In this document: positions 47,102-60,311 of the stretch, piece by piece
How the letters are laid out: each line of letters starts with the position of its first letter
Numbering within the stretch: position 1 is the first letter of the stretch
Assembly: GCF_000006765.1 (NCBI RefSeq)
Contig: NC_002516.2
Reading direction: 5' to 3' (one strand)
From: Pseudomonas aeruginosa PAO1
GTDB lineage: Bacteria; Pseudomonadota; Gammaproteobacteria; Pseudomonadales; Pseudomonadaceae
DNA length: 64,000 nucleotides
Position numbers and translations under genes: made by a program
The notes under the pieces: model-generated
What the model saw: only the letters and a program-made list of their open reading frames with translations
What the model was told of the DNA's origin: nothing
The model's database searches: none

Positions 47102-48538
47102 ATGTCGTTGGGAAACCTCGTCGCTGTCGTCTTCGGCCTGGCCTTCGGCGGAGCGCTGCTGATGCTCAGCCCGGCCAAGGCCGGCGCCGCCATGGTCGGC
47201 CTGGCGGCCGCGGTCACCATCCTGCGCTTCCCGTTCTGGGGGCTGCTGCTGTTCGCCCTGGTGGCGACCTTCATGCCCTACTCCACGGTCAACGTGGGGA
47301 TCCGTTCGACGGTCAGCGAAGCGATCCTCGCCCTGACCTGGGGCGCGGTGCTCTGGCACATCTTCCTCTCGCGCCTGCCGCCGGCGCCGGCGCTGCGCTA
47401 CCGCTCCACCGAGCGCATGCTGCTGTGGCTGATGCTGTTCACCGTGCTGCCGTTCGTGGTCGGCCAGGTCAGCATCAAGGCCGAGGCCAGCGGCCTGTCG
47501 AACTGGCTGCGCTGGTTGCTCAACCTGTCCATCGTGTTCCTCGCCGGACGCCTGCTGGTGGAGCGCAAGAACCGCGAGACACTGGTCATCGCCCTGCTGC
47601 TGGGCACCCTGGCGATGCTGCTGATGTCCATCGCGGTGTTCATCCGCTACCGCTCGGCGTCGGGGATGGCGCCGATCCTGGCGATGTTCAACTACGCCAA
47701 CCTGGACACCCTCAAGTTCGGCCTGGAGGCGCTTTCCTCGCGGATGGGCTCGCCATGGATGCACCCCAACGCCACCGGCGGGATCATGGCCCTGCTGCTG
47801 CCCCTGGCGTTCTGCTACGGGGTCGCCAACCAGGGCTGGCGGCGCGGCCTGGGCCTCGCCGTGGCGGTCCTCGGCGCCGCCGCGATCCTCCTCGCCAGTT
47901 CCCGCGGGGCGATGCTCAGCCTGGCGGTGGTGCTGTTCTGGATGTCCCTGCGCAAGGTGCCCTACACCGGCCGCCTGCTGTTGCTCGGGGTCGGCCTGGT
48001 GGTGGTCCTGGTGCTCAGCTACCCGCCGTTGCAGGAGCGCCTGGCGACCATCTTCTCGCCGCAGAACGCCAGTACCGAGGTGCGTTTCGACGAATACCGG
48101 ATGTTCCCCAAGGCCGTCGCCCGCTATCCGCTGGGAATCGGCTTCAAGGTCGACCCGCCGGTGCCGGGCACCGACCTCCTGGGCATCTCCAACCTGTGGC
48201 TGAACTTCATGTACAAGGTCGGCCTCGGCGGCATGCTGCTGTTCATCGCGGTGACCTGGCGCTGGTGGCGCGAAGCCCGTCCGGAGAAAGGCCCGATCCG
48301 CCTGACCCGCGACAACGCGATCTGGCTGGGCAGTACGGGCGGCATCCTGGCGGCGCTGGTCAGCGGCCTGTTCGACCACTACTTCAGCTTCGCCGTGGTG
48401 ATGATCGGCCTGTTCTGGCTGCTGGTCGGGATCAACCTGCTGGAAGCCCGCCGGCTGTTCCCGGAACGCCAGCCGCAACCGCGGGCGGTGGGTTATCGCA
48501 AGCTCAAGCGACAGCTCGAGCGCGGGGCCGAGGCCTGA
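47102..48538 (+). CDS. pslJ: Wzy/O-antigen-ligase-like polymerase PslJ
   Basis: Polytopic; HPNA, SSRGA, GIG...NLWL....GLGG motifs; 478 aa. Confidence 0.92.
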   Translation: MSLGNLVAVVFGLAFGGALLMLSPAKAGAAMVGLAAAVTILRFPFWGLLLFALVATFMPYSTVNVGIRSTVSEAILALTWGAVLWHIFLSRLPPAPALRYRSTERMLLWLMLFTVLPFVVGQVSIKAEASGLSNWLRWLLNLSIVFLAGRLLVERKNRETLVIALLLGTLAMLLMSIAVFIRYRSASGMAPILAMFNYANLDTLKFGLEALSSRMGSPWMHPNATGGIMALLLPLAFCYGVANQGWRRGLGLAVAVLGAAAILLASSRGAMLSLAVVLFWMSLRKVPYTGRLLLLGVGLVVVLVLSYPPLQERLATIFSPQNASTEVRFDEYRMFPKAVARYPLGIGFKVDPPVPGTDLLGISNLWLNFMYKVGLGGMLLFIAVTWRWWREARPEKGPIRLTRDNAIWLGSTGGILAALVSGLFDHYFSFAVVMIGLFWLLVGINLLEARRLFPERQPQPRAVGYRKLKRQLERGAEA

Positions 48539-48539
48539 G

Positions 48540-49949
48540 ATGCTCGGCTCCGCCTTCTGGCTGACCCTTGCCACCCTGCTCGGCCTGTGCCTGGGCTTCG
48601 CCCGCGAATGGCTGCTGGTGGCCTCCTGGGGCGCCGGCGAGCGCAGCGACGCCTTCCTCATCGCCCTGTTCCTGCCCGAGGCCCTGCGCATGTCGCTGGC
48701 CGGCGGCGTGCTCAGCGCGGCGGCCCTGCCACTGTTTCTCGAACGCCAGGGCGAACGTCGCCTCGACTGGCTGGCGGCGATCCTCCCGGCGCTGCTCGGT
48801 ATCGCCGTGGCGCTCAGCCTCCTGCTGCTGGCGGCGGCGCCCTGGCTGGTGCGCTTGCTCGGCCCGGGCCTGGCCGAGACGGCCAGCGCCCAGGCCGCGG
48901 CCAACTTGCGGGTCCTCGCCTGGTGCGTGCCGGGGCTGATGCTCCATGCGCTATTCAGCATCCCCCTGCAGGCCGCCGAGCGCTTCGTCCTGGCCGGGCT
49001 CGGCTCGCTGCTGTTCAATCTACCGCCGGTGCTCTACCTGGCCTTGCACGGCCAGGCCAGCCAGCCCGAACAACTGGCCCTGGCCTGCCTGCTCGGCAGC
49101 CTGCTGATGCCGCTGGTGCTGCTGCCTTCGCTATGGATCGAGGGCTGGCGGCCCTGGCACTGGCGCCTTTCCGGCGTCGAACTGGGCGAGCTTGGCGGGC
49201 GCATCGCTCCGCTGCTGCTGAGCAACGCCGCCAGCCAGGGCCTGGCGCTGGTCGAGCGGCTGGTGGCCTCGCTGCTCGGCGAAGGCGCGGTGACCTGGGT
49301 CAACCTGGCGCGCAAGCTGATGAACCTGCCGCTGATCGCCCTGATGAGCCTCAACCAGGTGTTGCTCGGCATGATGAGCCGACGCCAGGGTGGCGAGCGT
49401 CTGGCCCTGCTTCGCCGCGGCCTGGAGACCGCCAGCCTGCTGACCCTGCCGGCCGGGGTCGGGCTGGTCGCTGCCGCACCCGGCCTGGTGGCCCTGTTGC
49501 TGCCGCGGCAGACCGCCGGCTCGCCGTTGCCGGCGCTGCTGGCCTGGTTCGCCGTGCCACTGGTGTTCGGCGCCTGGAATGCCTTGCTGGCGCGTTACGC
49601 CTACGCCGCCGGCGATACTCGCCTGCCGCTGCGCTGCGAGCTGCTCGGCAGCGCGCTGAACGCCGCGCTGCTGGCGGTCCTGCCGTTGATTTTCGGACTG
49701 CCGGGGATTCCCCTCGCGGCCCTTGGCGGGGTGCTCTGCACCGCGCTGCTGCTGATGCGTCGCCAGGCCCTGCTCGGCGCCCTGCCCTGGGCCCGGCTGT
49801 GGCTACTGAACGCCCTGGCCATGGCGCTCGCCGCCGGCCTGCTGTTCCGCATCGACGGTATCTGGCTGCAATTGGGCCTGGGCACCGTCGCCGGCTGCCT
49901 GGCGCTGCTCGGCATGGCGCTCTGGCTGCGGCCCTGGCGCACCGATTGA
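48540..49949 (+). CDS. pslK: MurJ/MOP-family flippase PslK
   Basis: LGFARE..., SDAF.IA...PE motif; polytopic. Confidence 0.9.
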   Translation: MLGSAFWLTLATLLGLCLGFAREWLLVASWGAGERSDAFLIALFLPEALRMSLAGGVLSAAALPLFLERQGERRLDWLAAILPALLGIAVALSLLLLAAAPWLVRLLGPGLAETASAQAAANLRVLAWCVPGLMLHALFSIPLQAAERFVLAGLGSLLFNLPPVLYLALHGQASQPEQLALACLLGSLLMPLVLLPSLWIEGWRPWHWRLSGVELGELGGRIAPLLLSNAASQGLALVERLVASLLGEGAVTWVNLARKLMNLPLIALMSLNQVLLGMMSRRQGGERLALLRRGLETASLLTLPAGVGLVAAAPGLVALLLPRQTAGSPLPALLAWFAVPLVFGAWNALLARYAYAAGDTRLPLRCELLGSALNAALLAVLPLIFGLPGIPLAALGGVLCTALLLMRRQALLGALPWARLWLLNALAMALAAGLLFRIDGIWLQLGLGTVAGCLALLGMALWLRPWRTD

Positions 49950-50031
49950 CCCATGGCTCCGGGTAGGGAGCCTGGCCCTGGGGGCCTTCGAACAACCACT
50001 GTGAGTTAGCGCGTCAAGCGGGAGTTGCAAA

Positions 50032-51099
50032 GTGAAAAAACGCTGGATTCAGATGGATGTGACCCGCGGCGTGGGCATCCTGATCATCGTCTTCGGGCAC
50101 AGCTGGTTCGTCGCCAGTTCGCCGACCGTGCTCTATCCGTTGCTCTCTCCGTTCATCCTGCCACTGTTCTTCTTCATTTCCGGGGTGTTCTTCAGGACCG
50201 AGCAACCCTTCGGCGAGATGGCCCTGCGCAAGGCCGACGCCCTCCTCAAGCCGTTCTTCGTGACCATGCTCGGCTACGTCATCCTCCGCGACCTGCTGCG
50301 CGGCCAGCCGCTGCTGCCGGACATCGGCGGAGTGCTGTACGCCTCGGTCGACACCCTGCCCTGGCAGGCGCTCTGGTACCTGCCGCACTTCTGGGTAGCG
50401 ACCCTGTTCGCCTGGTTCATGCTGCGCGTCATCCAGCGTCTCGGCCTGTCCCTCGCCGCCAGTTGCGTGCTGCTGGCCGTGCAACTGGGCCTGGGCATCC
50501 TGTTCCTCAAGACGTTCTGGCAGATCCCGGTGGAGTTCGGCGGCGAACAGTACCTGCTGCCGGGCCTGCCGTTCAGCCTGGACATCACCCTGATCAGCAG
50601 CGCCCACTTCATGTTCGGCTATGTCCTGCGCGACGTCCTGCGTCGCCACCAGAGTTCGTTGCTGACCCTGTGCATCGCCCTTGCCGTGACCACCGCCAGC
50701 TTCCTCTACTACCCGACGGTGGTGGACATGGCGCAGCGCCGCTACGACCACTGGTTCTGGGCCACCGTCCAGGCAGTGAGCGGCGTCTACCTGTGCTGGG
50801 CGCTGTCCGGGCTGATGATGAAGATCGACTGGCTGGGCAAGGCGATGACCTACATCGGCCAGTCGACCCTGATCCTGCTGATCTTCCACGGCGAGATCCA
50901 GCACAAGACCTTCAACCTGCTGGTCCACCTGGGTCTGTCGGAACCGGCCGCTGCCAGCGTCGCCCTGGTGATCTCGGTGATCGTCTCGCTGCTGATCGGC
51001 GAAGTGATCAAGCGCGTCGCGCTGCTGCGCGCCCTCTACTTTCCCTTCCCGGTGCGCAAGAAGACCGCCGCGGTCCAGGGCGGCGGCGAAGCGCGCTGA
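50032..51099 (+). CDS. pslL: Acyltransferase_3-family membrane acyltransferase PslL
   Basis: DVTRGVGILIIVFGH, LPLFFFISG, LWYL motifs. Confidence 0.92.
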   Translation: MKKRWIQMDVTRGVGILIIVFGHSWFVASSPTVLYPLLSPFILPLFFFISGVFFRTEQPFGEMALRKADALLKPFFVTMLGYVILRDLLRGQPLLPDIGGVLYASVDTLPWQALWYLPHFWVATLFAWFMLRVIQRLGLSLAASCVLLAVQLGLGILFLKTFWQIPVEFGGEQYLLPGLPFSLDITLISSAHFMFGYVLRDVLRRHQSSLLTLCIALAVTTASFLYYPTVVDMAQRRYDHWFWATVQAVSGVYLCWALSGLMMKIDWLGKAMTYIGQSTLILLIFHGEIQHKTFNLLVHLGLSEPAAASVALVISVIVSLLIGEVIKRVALLRALYFPFPVRKKTAAVQGGGEAR

Positions 51100-51106
51100 C
51101 GCCCTC

Positions 51107-51133
51107 GGCCCGGTGCGCCTGCGCCGGGCCTTT
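51107..51133 (+). terminator. Putative terminator ending pslA-L
   Basis: GGCCCGGTGC-gcct-GCGCCGGGCC followed by a short TTT and pyrimidine tract. Confidence 0.45.
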
Positions 51134-51285
51134 CCCCTCCCGTCTCCCTTTTCCCTAACGGGCGGCCGACCTCGCTTCGACCTGGCCGATGATCGCCCGC
51201 TCCTTTCGCTGAGCGGGTTGGTACGCGGGCATTGCCTCCCTAGAATATGGAACATCGTTCCGAAATCTTGAAAAAGGGAGAAGCC

Positions 51286-53019
51286 ATGACCTCTGCGGCC
51301 GTCGAGACCACCCCGCTAACCTGTGACGTGCTGGTCGTCGGCTCCGGCGCCGCCGGGCTGGCGGCGGCGGTGACCGCGGCCTGGCACGGGCGCCGGGTAG
51401 TCCTGGTGGAGAAGGACCCGGTGTTCGGCGGCGCCAGCGCCTGGTCCGGCGGCTGGGCCTGGTTGCCGCGCAACCCGCTGGCGCGTCGCGCCGGTATCGA
51501 GGAGGACATCGAGCAACCGCGTACCTACCTGCGCCACGAACTGGGCGAGCGTTACGACGCCGCGCGGATCGACGCCTTCCTCGAAGCCTGCCCGCACATG
51601 GTGGCCTTCTTCGAGCGCCACACCCACCTGCGGTTCGTCGACGGCAACGGCATCCCGGACATGCATGGCGACACGCCGGGCGCCGCCGAGGGCGGCCACC
51701 AGTTGGTCGCCGCGCCCTATGACGCACGGCAACTGGGCCCGCTGCTGCCGCGCCTGCGCAAGACCCTGCGGGAGACCTCGTTCATGGGCATGCCGATCAT
51801 GGCCGGTGCCGACCTCGCCGCCTTCCTCGACCTGACCCGCTCGCTGCCGGCCTTCCTGCATGTCGCCCGGCGCTTTTCCAGCCACCTCTGGCACCTGCTG
51901 CGCTACGGTCGCGCCATGCACCTGGTCAATGGCGTGGCCCTGGTAGCGCGCCTGGCCAAGTCCGCCGAAGCCCTGGGTGTGCGCCTGATCGAATCGGCGC
52001 CAGCCCGCGAACTGCTGCTGCGTGACGGCAAGGTGGTCGGCGCGCTGGTCGAGAGCGCCGAGGGACTCCTGCGCATCGAGGCAGGCGCCGTGGTCCTGGC
52101 CTGCGGCGGCTTTCCCCATGATCCGCAGCGCCGCGCCGAGCTGGCCCCCACCCTGGACACCCTGCTGCCGCTGCCGCCGCCGGGCTGCAACGGCGACGGC
52201 TTGCGCCTGGGGGAAAGCGCCGGCGGCCGGGTGGCCGACGACCTGCGCTCGCCGATCGCCTGGGCGCCGGTCTCGCGAGTTCCCCACGGCGATGGCGAGA
52301 CCGGGCACTTCCCGCACATCATCGAGCGCGGCAAGCCCGGGCTGATCGGCGTGCTGGCCAACGGCAGGCGCTTCGTCAATGAGGCGCACGGTTACCACGA
52401 CTATGTCGCCGCCCTGCTCGAGGCCACCCCGCCCGGGCAGCCGGCACGCTCCTGGCTGGTCTGCGACCGGCGCTTCCTGCGTCGCTACGGCCTCGGCTAC
52501 GTGCGTCCGGCGCCGCTGCCGATCGCCGCGCACCTGCGCAGCGGCTATCTCAAGCGCGGGACCAGCCTGGATCAGTTGGCAAGGAGCTGCGGCATCGACC
52601 CGTCCGGCCTGGCCGCCACCGTCGCCGAATACAACCGCCACGCCCGCGAGGGCCGCGACCCAGAGTTCGGCCGCGGCGGCACGGCATTCAACCGCAAGCA
52701 GGGCGACCCGGCGTATCCGGGGCCGAATCCCTGCGTCGCCCCCATCGAACGCGGACCGTACTACGCGGTGCAGGTCGAGCCCGGCTGCTTCGGCACCTTC
52801 GCCGGGCTGAAGACCGACGCCCAGGCCCGCGTGCTGGACGGCGGCGGGCAGCCGATCCCCGGCCTGTACGCGGCGGGCGCGGACATGGCGAGCCTGTTCG
52901 CCGGCCACTATCCCTCCGGCGGCATCAACCTGGGGCCGGCGCTGACCTTCGGCTACATCGCCGGCCGCCATATCGCCGGCGCCCTCGGCTACGAGCAGGA
53001 GCAAGCGCAGCGCGGTTGA
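51286..53019 (+). CDS. pslM: FAD-dependent oxidoreductase (SdhA/ketosteroid-dehydrogenase-like), PslM
   Basis: DVLVVGSGAAG, GGASAWSGG, GRRFVNE, GTFAGL, YPSGGINLGPA motifs. Confidence 0.88.
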   Translation: MTSAAVETTPLTCDVLVVGSGAAGLAAAVTAAWHGRRVVLVEKDPVFGGASAWSGGWAWLPRNPLARRAGIEEDIEQPRTYLRHELGERYDAARIDAFLEACPHMVAFFERHTHLRFVDGNGIPDMHGDTPGAAEGGHQLVAAPYDARQLGPLLPRLRKTLRETSFMGMPIMAGADLAAFLDLTRSLPAFLHVARRFSSHLWHLLRYGRAMHLVNGVALVARLAKSAEALGVRLIESAPARELLLRDGKVVGALVESAEGLLRIEAGAVVLACGGFPHDPQRRAELAPTLDTLLPLPPPGCNGDGLRLGESAGGRVADDLRSPIAWAPVSRVPHGDGETGHFPHIIERGKPGLIGVLANGRRFVNEAHGYHDYVAALLEATPPGQPARSWLVCDRRFLRRYGLGYVRPAPLPIAAHLRSGYLKRGTSLDQLARSCGIDPSGLAATVAEYNRHAREGRDPEFGRGGTAFNRKQGDPAYPGPNPCVAPIERGPYYAVQVEPGCFGTFAGLKTDAQARVLDGGGQPIPGLYAAGADMASLFAGHYPSGGINLGPALTFGYIAGRHIAGALGYEQEQAQRG

Positions 53020-53074
53020 ACGTTCCAGCGGGCGCAGCGGCCTAAACAGGCAAGCTTTCCTTCGGAACCCAAGC

Positions 53075-54076
53075 ATGAGCGCAGCGCCACCGGATATCCC
53101 CGCCCTGCCCGCAGGCCTCTGCTACGTCGACGACCGCCAGCCGGGCATCCGTCGACGCCGGCAGGGCAAGCGCTTCGTCTATTTCGATGCCGACGGCCAG
53201 CGCATCGGCGACGCCGAGGAGATCCGCCGGCTGGACAAGCTGGCCATTCCGCCGGCCTATCGCGAGGTCTGGATCTGTCCCGACCCCAACGGCCATCTCC
53301 AGGCCACCGGCCGCGACGCCCGTGGGCGCAAGCAGTACCGCTACCACCCGCGCTGGCGCGAGGTACGCGATGCCGACAAGTACGAGCGCCTGCTGCGCTT
53401 CGGCCAGGCGCTGCCGCGGCTGCGCCGGCACATCGACGCCCAGTTGCGCCTGCCCGGCCTCGGTCGCGACAAGGTGGTGGCCCTGGCGGTTGCGCTGCTC
53501 GACGCCACCCTGATCCGCGTCGGCAACCACCGCTACGCCCGCGACAACCGCTCCTACGGCCTGACCACCCTGCGTACCCGGCACGTGGACGTGAACGGCA
53601 GTCGCATCCGGTTCCGCTTCAAGGGCAAGAGCGGCATCGAGCACGACGTCAGCCTGGAGCATCCGCGCCTGGCGCGGGTGCTGCGGCGCTGCCTGGAATT
53701 GCCCGGCCAGGACCTCTTGCAGTACCTGGACGAGGACGGCCAGCCGCACCGCATCGGCTCCCACGACATCAACGAGTACCTGCGCCGGCATACCGGCGAG
53801 GATTTCAGCGCCAAGGACTACCGTACCTGGGCCGGCAGCGCGCTGGCGCTGGAGCGCCTGCGGCGTGCCGAAGCCGACGGGCTTGGCGCGGTGGTGGCGG
53901 AGGTCGCCGCCGAATTGGGCAACAGCGTGGCGATCTGCCGGCAATGCTACATCCACCCGGCGATCATCGAGGCCTACCAGGCCGGGCAACTGGGCCAGCT
54001 CAGGCGCGCCCGCAAGCGCCGCTGGCTGAGTGCCGAGGAAGCGACCCTGCTGGCCTTCCTCGACACGCCCGGCTGA
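53075..54076 (+). CDS. pslN: Type IB DNA topoisomerase (annotated PslN)
   Basis: IPPAY..VWI, GRDARGRKQYRYH, RVGN..Y...N.SYGLTTL, FKGKSG, AKDYRTW, and catalytic Tyr in CYIHP. Confidence 0.92.
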   Translation: MSAAPPDIPALPAGLCYVDDRQPGIRRRRQGKRFVYFDADGQRIGDAEEIRRLDKLAIPPAYREVWICPDPNGHLQATGRDARGRKQYRYHPRWREVRDADKYERLLRFGQALPRLRRHIDAQLRLPGLGRDKVVALAVALLDATLIRVGNHRYARDNRSYGLTTLRTRHVDVNGSRIRFRFKGKSGIEHDVSLEHPRLARVLRRCLELPGQDLLQYLDEDGQPHRIGSHDINEYLRRHTGEDFSAKDYRTWAGSALALERLRRAEADGLGAVVAEVAAELGNSVAICRQCYIHPAIIEAYQAGQLGQLRRARKRRWLSAEEATLLAFLDTPG

Positions 54077-54370
54077 TCAGTTGCCCGGGTGCGGATCGAT
54101 GCCGTGCCGGCGCAGCAGGCCGAGCAGGCGGCCAATCTCGGTCTGGCAGGCTTCCAGTTCCTTGCGCAGGGTGTGTTCGCGGCGCTGCTGCTCCAGCTTC
54201 ACGCGTTCGAGTTCGGCGCGCGCCTCACGGCGGATCTGCCGCTCGCGCTCCTTGTCGGAATGCTCGGCGCCGAGGGCCTCTTCGGCCTTGCGCGCGCGGT
54301 ATTCGCGCATCCGCTGGGCGGCCGACTTGGCCTTGCCGCTCGGCTTGGGCCCGGGTTTGCTGGCTTTCAT
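54077..54370 (-). CDS. Small basic protein with putative DNA-binding N-terminus and coiled coil (at the 'pslO' locus)
   Basis: MKASKPGPKPSGKAKSAAQRMREYRARK followed by a heptad-rich helix. GAGG SD just upstream of the ATG; stop abuts the TopIB stop. Confidence 0.65.
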   Translation of the reverse strand: MKASKPGPKPSGKAKSAAQRMREYRARKAEEALGAEHSDKERERQIRREARAELERVKLEQQRREHTLRKELEACQTEIGRLLGLLRRHGIDPHPGN

Positions 54371-54377
54371 GAACGCC

Positions 54378-54429
54378 TCTATCTGCGTAACGTTACGCAA
54401 TCAGAATAGCGTAACGTTACGCAGATAGA
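54378..54429. repeat. Perfect 21-bp inverted repeat, each arm containing the palindrome GCGTAACGTTACGC
   Basis: TCTATCTGCGTAACGTTACGC-aatcagaata-GCGTAACGTTACGCAGATAGA, read directly. Confidence 0.95.
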
Positions 54430-54441
54430 CAGGGTCTATGC

Positions 54442-54903
54442 TTAGAGCGGCGGGGCCGAGCGCAGCATCACCGACTTCAGCGCGAAGGCCGACTTGATGC
54501 CAGCCACGCCGGGAATGCAGGTCAGGGTATTGGTGAGGAACGCCTGGTAGGCGGCGAGATCCTTGACTACAACCCGCAGCATGTAGTCCGCATCGCCGGT
54601 CATCTGGAAACAGCTCATGACCTGCGGCGCATCGACGATGCGTTCCTCGAAGCGAGCGAGGTAGTCGCCGGTCTGCTTTTCCAGGGACACCGAGACGAAC
54701 ACGCTCATCGCCCCGGACAGGCGCTCCTCGTCGAGCCGGGCGAAGTAGCCCTGGATGTAGTGTTCCTCTTCCAGGCGGCGTACCCGGCGCAGCGTCGGCG
54801 TCAGCGACAGGCCGACCTTCTGGGCGAGATCGCGCCAGCTCAGGCGGCCGTCGTCGGCCAGGGCACGGAGGATTTTCAGGTCGATGCGGTCGAGTTCAGC
54901 CAT
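54442..54903 (-). CDS. bkdR: Lrp/AsnC-family activator BkdR
   Basis: LDRIDLKILRAL..DGR, LSLTP.LRRVRRLE motifs; divergent from the bkd operon. Confidence 0.95.
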   Translation of the reverse strand: MAELDRIDLKILRALADDGRLSWRDLAQKVGLSLTPTLRRVRRLEEEHYIQGYFARLDEERLSGAMSVFVSVSLEKQTGDYLARFEERIVDAPQVMSCFQMTGDADYMLRVVVKDLAAYQAFLTNTLTCIPGVAGIKSAFALKSVMLRSAPPL

Positions 54904-55050
54904 GGTGCGTTGTTTCTCTTGTTAGCGATTCTTGTAGTTCAAACAACCCAATACTGCCGGAATACCTTAGTCAATTTGGAGCAAAAAACTAGCACCCGAA
55001 GCCTATACTGAAATTACAAAAACAAAACCCGAGGGCCTCACCATGAGTGA

Positions 55051-57494
<2,444 letters not shown>

Positions 57495-58781
57495 ATGGGT
57501 ACCCATGTGATCAAGATGCCGGACATCGGGGAAGGCATCGCCGAGGTCGAACTGGTGGAGTGGCATGTCCAGGTCGGCGACTCGGTCAATGAAGACCAGG
57601 TCCTCGCCGAGGTGATGACCGACAAGGCCACGGTGGAGATTCCCTCGCCGGTGGCCGGACGCATCCTCGCCCTCGGCGGCCAGCCGGGCCAGGTGATGGC
57701 GGTGGGCGGCGAACTGATCCGCCTGGAGGTGGAAGGCGCCGGCAACCTCGCCGAGAGTCCGGCCGCGGCGACGCCGGCCGCGCCCGTCGCCGCCACCCCG
57801 GAGAAACCGAAGGAAGCCCCGGTCGCGGCGCCGAAAGCCGCCGCCGAAGCGCCGCGCGCCTTGCGCGACAGCGAGGCGCCACGGCAGCGGCGCCAGCCCG
57901 GCGAACGCCCGCTGGCCTCCCCCGCGGTGCGCCAGCGCGCCCGCGACCTGGGCATCGAGTTGCAGTTCGTGCAGGGCAGCGGTCCCGCCGGACGCGTCCT
58001 CCACGAGGACCTCGATGCCTACCTGACCCAGGATGGCAGCGTCGCGCGCAGCGGCGGCGCCGCGCAGGGGTATGCCGAGCGACACGACGAACAGGCGGTG
58101 CCGGTGATCGGCCTGCGTCGCAAGATCGCCCAGAAGATGCAGGACGCCAAGCGACGCATCCCGCATTTCAGCTATGTCGAGGAAATCGACGTCACCGATC
58201 TGGAAGCCCTGCGCGCCCATCTCAACCAGAAATGGGGTGGCCAGCGCGGCAAGCTGACCCTGCTGCCGTTCCTGGTCCGCGCCATGGTCGTGGCGCTGCG
58301 CGACTTCCCGCAGTTGAACGCGCGCTACGACGACGAGGCCGAGGTGGTCACCCGCTACGGCGCGGTGCACGTCGGCATCGCCACCCAGAGCGACAACGGC
58401 CTGATGGTGCCGGTGCTGCGCCACGCCGAATCGCGCGACCTCTGGGGCAACGCCAGCGAAGTGGCGCGCCTGGCCGAAGCCGCACGCAGCGGCAAGGCGC
58501 AACGCCAGGAGCTGTCCGGCTCGACCATCACCCTGAGCAGCCTCGGCGTGCTCGGCGGGATCGTCAGCACACCGGTGATCAACCATCCGGAGGTGGCCAT
58601 CGTCGGCGTCAACCGCATCGTCGAGCGACCGATGGTGGTCGGCGGCAACATCGTCGTGCGCAAGATGATGAACCTCTCCTCCTCCTTCGACCACCGGGTG
58701 GTCGACGGGATGGACGCGGCGGCCTTCATCCAGGCCGTGCGCGGCCTGCTCGAACATCCCGCCACCCTGTTCCTGGAGTAA
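57495..58781 (+). CDS. bkdB: Dihydrolipoamide acyltransferase E2
   Basis: Lipoyl domain (VMTDKATVE), Ala/Pro linker, E3-binding domain (ASPAVR), FDHRVVDG. Confidence 0.96.
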   Translation: MGTHVIKMPDIGEGIAEVELVEWHVQVGDSVNEDQVLAEVMTDKATVEIPSPVAGRILALGGQPGQVMAVGGELIRLEVEGAGNLAESPAAATPAAPVAATPEKPKEAPVAAPKAAAEAPRALRDSEAPRQRRQPGERPLASPAVRQRARDLGIELQFVQGSGPAGRVLHEDLDAYLTQDGSVARSGGAAQGYAERHDEQAVPVIGLRRKIAQKMQDAKRRIPHFSYVEEIDVTDLEALRAHLNQKWGGQRGKLTLLPFLVRAMVVALRDFPQLNARYDDEAEVVTRYGAVHVGIATQSDNGLMVPVLRHAESRDLWGNASEVARLAEAARSGKAQRQELSGSTITLSSLGVLGGIVSTPVINHPEVAIVGVNRIVERPMVVGGNIVVRKMMNLSSSFDHRVVDGMDAAAFIQAVRGLLEHPATLFLE

Positions 58782-58784
58782 GCG

Positions 58785-60179
<1,395 letters not shown>

Positions 60180-60222
60180 TTCCCGCGAACCTCGGTAGCC
60201 GGCCAACCACCGGCGCACATTA

Positions 60223-60254
60223 CCCCCTTGCCCGTCGGGCAAGGGGGCTTTTTT
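60223..60254 (+). terminator. Rho-independent terminator of bkd operon
   Basis: CCCCCTTGCCC-gtc-GGGCAAGGGGG-CTTTTTT. Confidence 0.9.
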
Positions 60255-60311
60255 CGTGGCCGCGAACCGGGTCGTCAGCAGGTCTCACCGCCCTGCGCGA
60301 TCCCCCGCCCC

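Noticed and set aside
54089-54409. Plus-strand ORF at the 'pslO' locus
   Set aside because: It reads as the antisense shadow of the minus-strand ORF, has no clear SD, and runs into the inverted repeat.
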